Below, in pieces: positions 61,314 through 64,000 of a stretch of DNA of 64,000 nt. The stretch covers positions 96,001 to 160,000 of the forward strand of contig CAWJJC010000010.1 in NCBI GenBank assembly GCA_963843145.1, read 5' to 3'. This DNA is from an uncultured delta proteobacterium (lineage in GTDB: Bacteria > Desulfobacterota > RBG-13-43-22). Position 1 is the first letter of the stretch. Each line of letters starts with the position of its first letter. Under the pieces are notes generated by a model. The model was not told the DNA's origin and made no database searches. It was given only the letters and a program-made list of their open reading frames with translations. The position numbers were made by a program, and so were the translations under genes.

Positions 61314-62153
61314 TCATCCATTCCTTCCTTTATGGTTCAAGCCGGCCTGCCGCTCATACTCCTTCTTGACCGCCTCCGACCCGTATTTGCGTTCCAGCCG
61401 CCGAATAGTAAAGTGGCCTCTGGCCATGGCCTGAAAATGGGAGACAAACAACAGGTTGATCAATGCGCCGCCCAAAGCGCCGATCAGGGGAATCATTTCG
61501 GCCAGGGTTTTTTCCGAAACCACCACTCCGAAACGCGACGTGACCACTGTCATCAGTCGAATCAAAAGGGGGGCTCCCTCCTGGACCGCCCCCCGGCCGC
61601 CCAGGAACTCCGCCGCTTCGGATACCAGCCTGGCCAACGAGGCCCGCACCGCGTAATACCCGGTTTCCGCGGCATCATCTTCCGACCGGGTTCCTCCCAG
61701 GGTAAACACCTCCAGGCAGGCCCATCGAGCCTCCAGGGCGTCCAGGTCCTCGCCCTCCGATTGGGCCACTGCCACGATGGCCCGCAGCATCAAAACGGTT
61801 GAAACCGGCAGTTCAACGAGCAGACCCGGCAGGCCCCAAAAGCCGCCCAAGGCTCCGCTGAGCATGACCAGGCCACGGTGGGTTCCCAGCGAAGGCTCCG
61901 GCGCCGCCCTTTTCCCCAGGGTAGCGATCGCCAGCCCCAGGGACTTACCCAAAGCCCTTTCCGTCAACCAGCGGATCATCAGAGACAGCGGTTTGGGCAA
62001 GACCCGGATCAGGGCCTCGATTGGGGCACCCAGGAAATTGATCAGGCGAATGGCCCAGCCGGGATGTTCCAGTCCTTGAACGGCAGATTTCAGGTCTTGG
62101 AGATCTTTGGTTTCCCACACGGAAGGTACCGGATATAATTGATGCCGATTCAC
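61314..62153 (-). CDS. EcsC family protein
   Basis: GGFWGLPGLLVELPVSTVLMLRAI, SEGEDL, CLEVF and RGHFTIRRLERKYG. Confidence 0.85.
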   Translation of the reverse strand: MNRHQLYPVPSVWETKDLQDLKSAVQGLEHPGWAIRLINFLGAPIEALIRVLPKPLSLMIRWLTERALGKSLGLAIATLGKRAAPEPSLGTHRGLVMLSGALGGFWGLPGLLVELPVSTVLMLRAIVAVAQSEGEDLDALEARWACLEVFTLGGTRSEDDAAETGYYAVRASLARLVSEAAEFLGGRGAVQEGAPLLIRLMTVVTSRFGVVVSEKTLAEMIPLIGALGGALINLLFVSHFQAMARGHFTIRRLERKYGSEAVKKEYERQAGLNHKGRNG

Positions 62154-62290
62154 AAGGCTTTAAAGACCTTGGCCAGGGATTCCCCATAGACCGACAGATC
62201 CCATTCGCAGTCTAATTCTGGAACCTGCTCCAGAGTCTTTTCAAAAGTGCGGAACCGAAACCGTTTGGTCTGAAACATCAACAACTTCAC
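62150..62290 (-). pseudogene. internally deleted free-standing threonyl-tRNA synthetase editing-domain gene (46 aa)
   Basis: GTG start with RBS. (M)KLLMFQTKRFRFRTFEKTLEQVPELD-CEWDLSVYGESLAKVFKAL* resembles the two termini of that family. Its stop overlaps the EcsC start. Confidence 0.55.
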
Positions 62291-62571
62291 CGGGAAATCC
62301 CCCTTTTTCTTTATCGTACCATGGATGCTTTTCCGGATAAACTTAAATCCATCGACCGATCATTGAGATCCTACCGGTTTTTCTTTATAAGGTCGTTCGC
62401 CCTTTTGGTTGGGCGGCCTCAAGATTTTGATTTAGGTCAATGTCCAAATTATTCAATCAAAAATATTCTAATGATATTGGTGGACCTTTTGATATAATCT
62501 ATCTCACCATTGCCTAAGAAACGGGCGGCGATTATTCATTAGGGAGTACCGGTACCGACCCGGGCCGACAG

Positions 62572-62766
62572 TATCTCACCAAAACGCTGCACCTGCCGGG
62601 AGGTGCCACGGCGCTTATCGCGGTCATCGGCGGTGACAAAATTCACCACTTCGGTTTTTTCTACGCTTTGGTGCCCGTAGCCCTCGGGGCCGCCGGGATG
62701 CTGGTGGTGGCCCTGCTGGTCAACAATATCCCCAGGGACCGGAAATATCCGGAGTTCTGGCTCTAA
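62572..62766 (+). pseudogene. 5'-truncated HPP family membrane protein
   Basis: YLTKTLHLPGGATALIAVIG...LVVALLVNNIPRDRKYPEFWL* has no start codon, and the HPP motif reads HLP. Confidence 0.75.
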
Positions 62767-62780
62767 CAAAAGGTGTCTTC

Positions 62781-63311
62781 TTGCCCCCTAATCCTTTACT
62801 GAAAACCTTCGCCTCCCTGCTAAAGGGAAAAGAGCTTTCAGGCCCGGTACTGGATCTGGCCTGCGGTGAGGGAGAAAATGGTCTTTTCCTGGCCGGCCTG
62901 GGTCTTCCGGTGATCCTGGCCGACCGATCCTCCGAGGCGTTGGCCAAAGCCGAAAAGGCGGCGGTGGGAAAAGGCCTCGAAATAGGTTTCTGGAAAATCG
63001 ATCTGGAAACCGGCGTAAACCCCCTGGAAGAAGAACACTACCGAGGCATCCTGGTCTTTCGCTACCTCCATCGCCCGCTGATCCCTTGCCTGAAAAAGGG
63101 GATGAGGAAAGGAGGAATCCTTATTTATGAAACCTTTACCGTCGAACAATCCCAATACGGCCATCCTCACAATCCTGATTTTCTGCTCCAGCCCGGCGAG
63201 TTGTCCGGCTGGTTTTCGGATTGGCAATTGATCCATTATTTTGAGGGCCTAATGGAAGACCCCCCCAGGGCCGTGGCCCAGATCGTTTGTCGCAAACCCT
63301 TTCTGAAATAA
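62781..63311 (+). CDS. class I SAM-dependent methyltransferase (TehB-like)
   Basis: VLDLACGEGEN, FRYLHRPL, GGILIYETF and FLLQPGEL. Confidence 0.88.
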   Translation: MPPNPLLKTFASLLKGKELSGPVLDLACGEGENGLFLAGLGLPVILADRSSEALAKAEKAAVGKGLEIGFWKIDLETGVNPLEEEHYRGILVFRYLHRPLIPCLKKGMRKGGILIYETFTVEQSQYGHPHNPDFLLQPGELSGWFSDWQLIHYFEGLMEDPPRAVAQIVCRKPFLK

Positions 63312-63352
63312 AGGCACTTGACATCCCGGCGGTGTTTTGGTAATTGAGATCT

Positions 63353-63503
63353 TTCGGTTCGAGGGTTAACGGAACACGGTGCGACTCCGTGGCGGACCCG
63401 CCGCTGTAACCGGTGACAAAACCCGAATGACCACTGCCCGTTCCAAGACGGGTGGGAAGGTCGGGTGGCGGAAGATCCGGGAAGCCAGAAGACGAACGCT
63501 CGA
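63353..63503 (+). ncRNA. cobalamin riboswitch
   Basis: Elements in the expected order: aacggaa, cggtgcgactccg T-loop arm, cccgccgctgtaa, ccactg, gggaagg and the B12 box aagccagaagac. TTGACA at 63318 upstream. Confidence 0.9.
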
Positions 63504-63531
63504 ACCGGGGGCACGCGGATGGTAAACGGTA

Positions 63532-63570
63532 CCCCTGATCCCTTATTTTTAGGGATCAGGGGTTTTTTTT
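63532..63570 (+). terminator. intrinsic terminator, expression platform of the riboswitch
   Basis: cccctgatccct-tattttt-agggatcagggg followed by T8. Confidence 0.9.
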
Positions 63571-63643
63571 CGCCGCTCGCCCCGGAAAGCGGCGGGCAAC
63601 GGCCCCGGGCCGTCTATTTCATTCGACAAGGAGAATCGAGGGT

Positions 63644-64000
63644 ATGTCAAAAAGCGTTTTGGAAGCAGGGGTAATGAATCGGAGCCTATTTTTCATGAAT
63701 ACCAAATCGCTGGTGGGGGCGGTGCTGCTGGGATTGGTTTTCGTACTGGTGCAACAAATCGCCCACCGAATCGATGCCTTGATTAATCCGGCCTGCGTCA
63801 TCATCGGCGGGGTGACCTGGGCCACCTTCACCGGACTGGTGGTGCTCCTGTACCGCCAACCGGCCGGAATCATCACCGCTGAAGTGGCCGCCTTCACCGG
63901 ACTGGCAACCGGCCTTTCGGTCCTGGCGCCTTTCTTTATTCTGGCCAATGGAGCCGGATCCATCGTCTATTCGCTGGTGTCCTGGAAATTGCCCATGAGG
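63644..64000 (+). CDS. B12-regulated polytopic membrane protein (ECF S-component-like), runs off the window end
   Basis: AAGGAG RBS; open frame MSKSVLEAGVMNRSLFFMNTKSLVGAVLLGLVFVLVQQ...; several hydrophobic helices. Not in the ORF track. Confidence 0.75.
   Translation, partial: MSKSVLEAGVMNRSLFFMNTKSLVGAVLLGLVFVLVQQIAHRIDALINPACVIIGGVTWATFTGLVVLLYRQPAGIITAEVAAFTGLATGLSVLAPFFILANGAGSIVYSLVSWKLPMR

Overview
A GC-rich bacterial chromosomal segment. Gene content and intergenic repeat families suggest an anaerobic Desulfobacterota/'deltaproteobacterial' genome, probably a long-read assembly; this is inference. About 1-42 kb and 48.7-51.2 kb form a large acyl-CoA catabolism region: two LIV-type ABC importers, three acyl-CoA ligases, five acyl-CoA dehydrogenases, two thiolases, Hbd and FadB-like enzymes, an ACAD10/11- or Lva-like kinase-dehydrogenase-phosphatase trio, an AbfD-type 4-hydroxybutyryl-CoA dehydratase, an OYE flavoprotein, a lone carboxyltransferase, two TetR regulators and two paralogous DUF362 Fe-S proteins. 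A GH57 branching enzyme interrupts this region. Next come a decayed toxin-antitoxin patch (42.9-44.6 kb) and a 950-aa natural fusion of a tungsten/molybdenum aldehyde:ferredoxin oxidoreductase with an iron-containing alcohol dehydrogenase, which is the most striking gene here. The rest holds an FNOR-cooF-cooS CO dehydrogenase operon, a long Lhr helicase, several gene remnants with internal deletions, and a cobalamin riboswitch upstream of an unrecognised membrane protein. Nine frameshifts in seven genes look like sequencing indels. No rRNA, tRNA, CRISPR array or intact transposase was seen. All calls come from motif recognition by eye, with no database searches.
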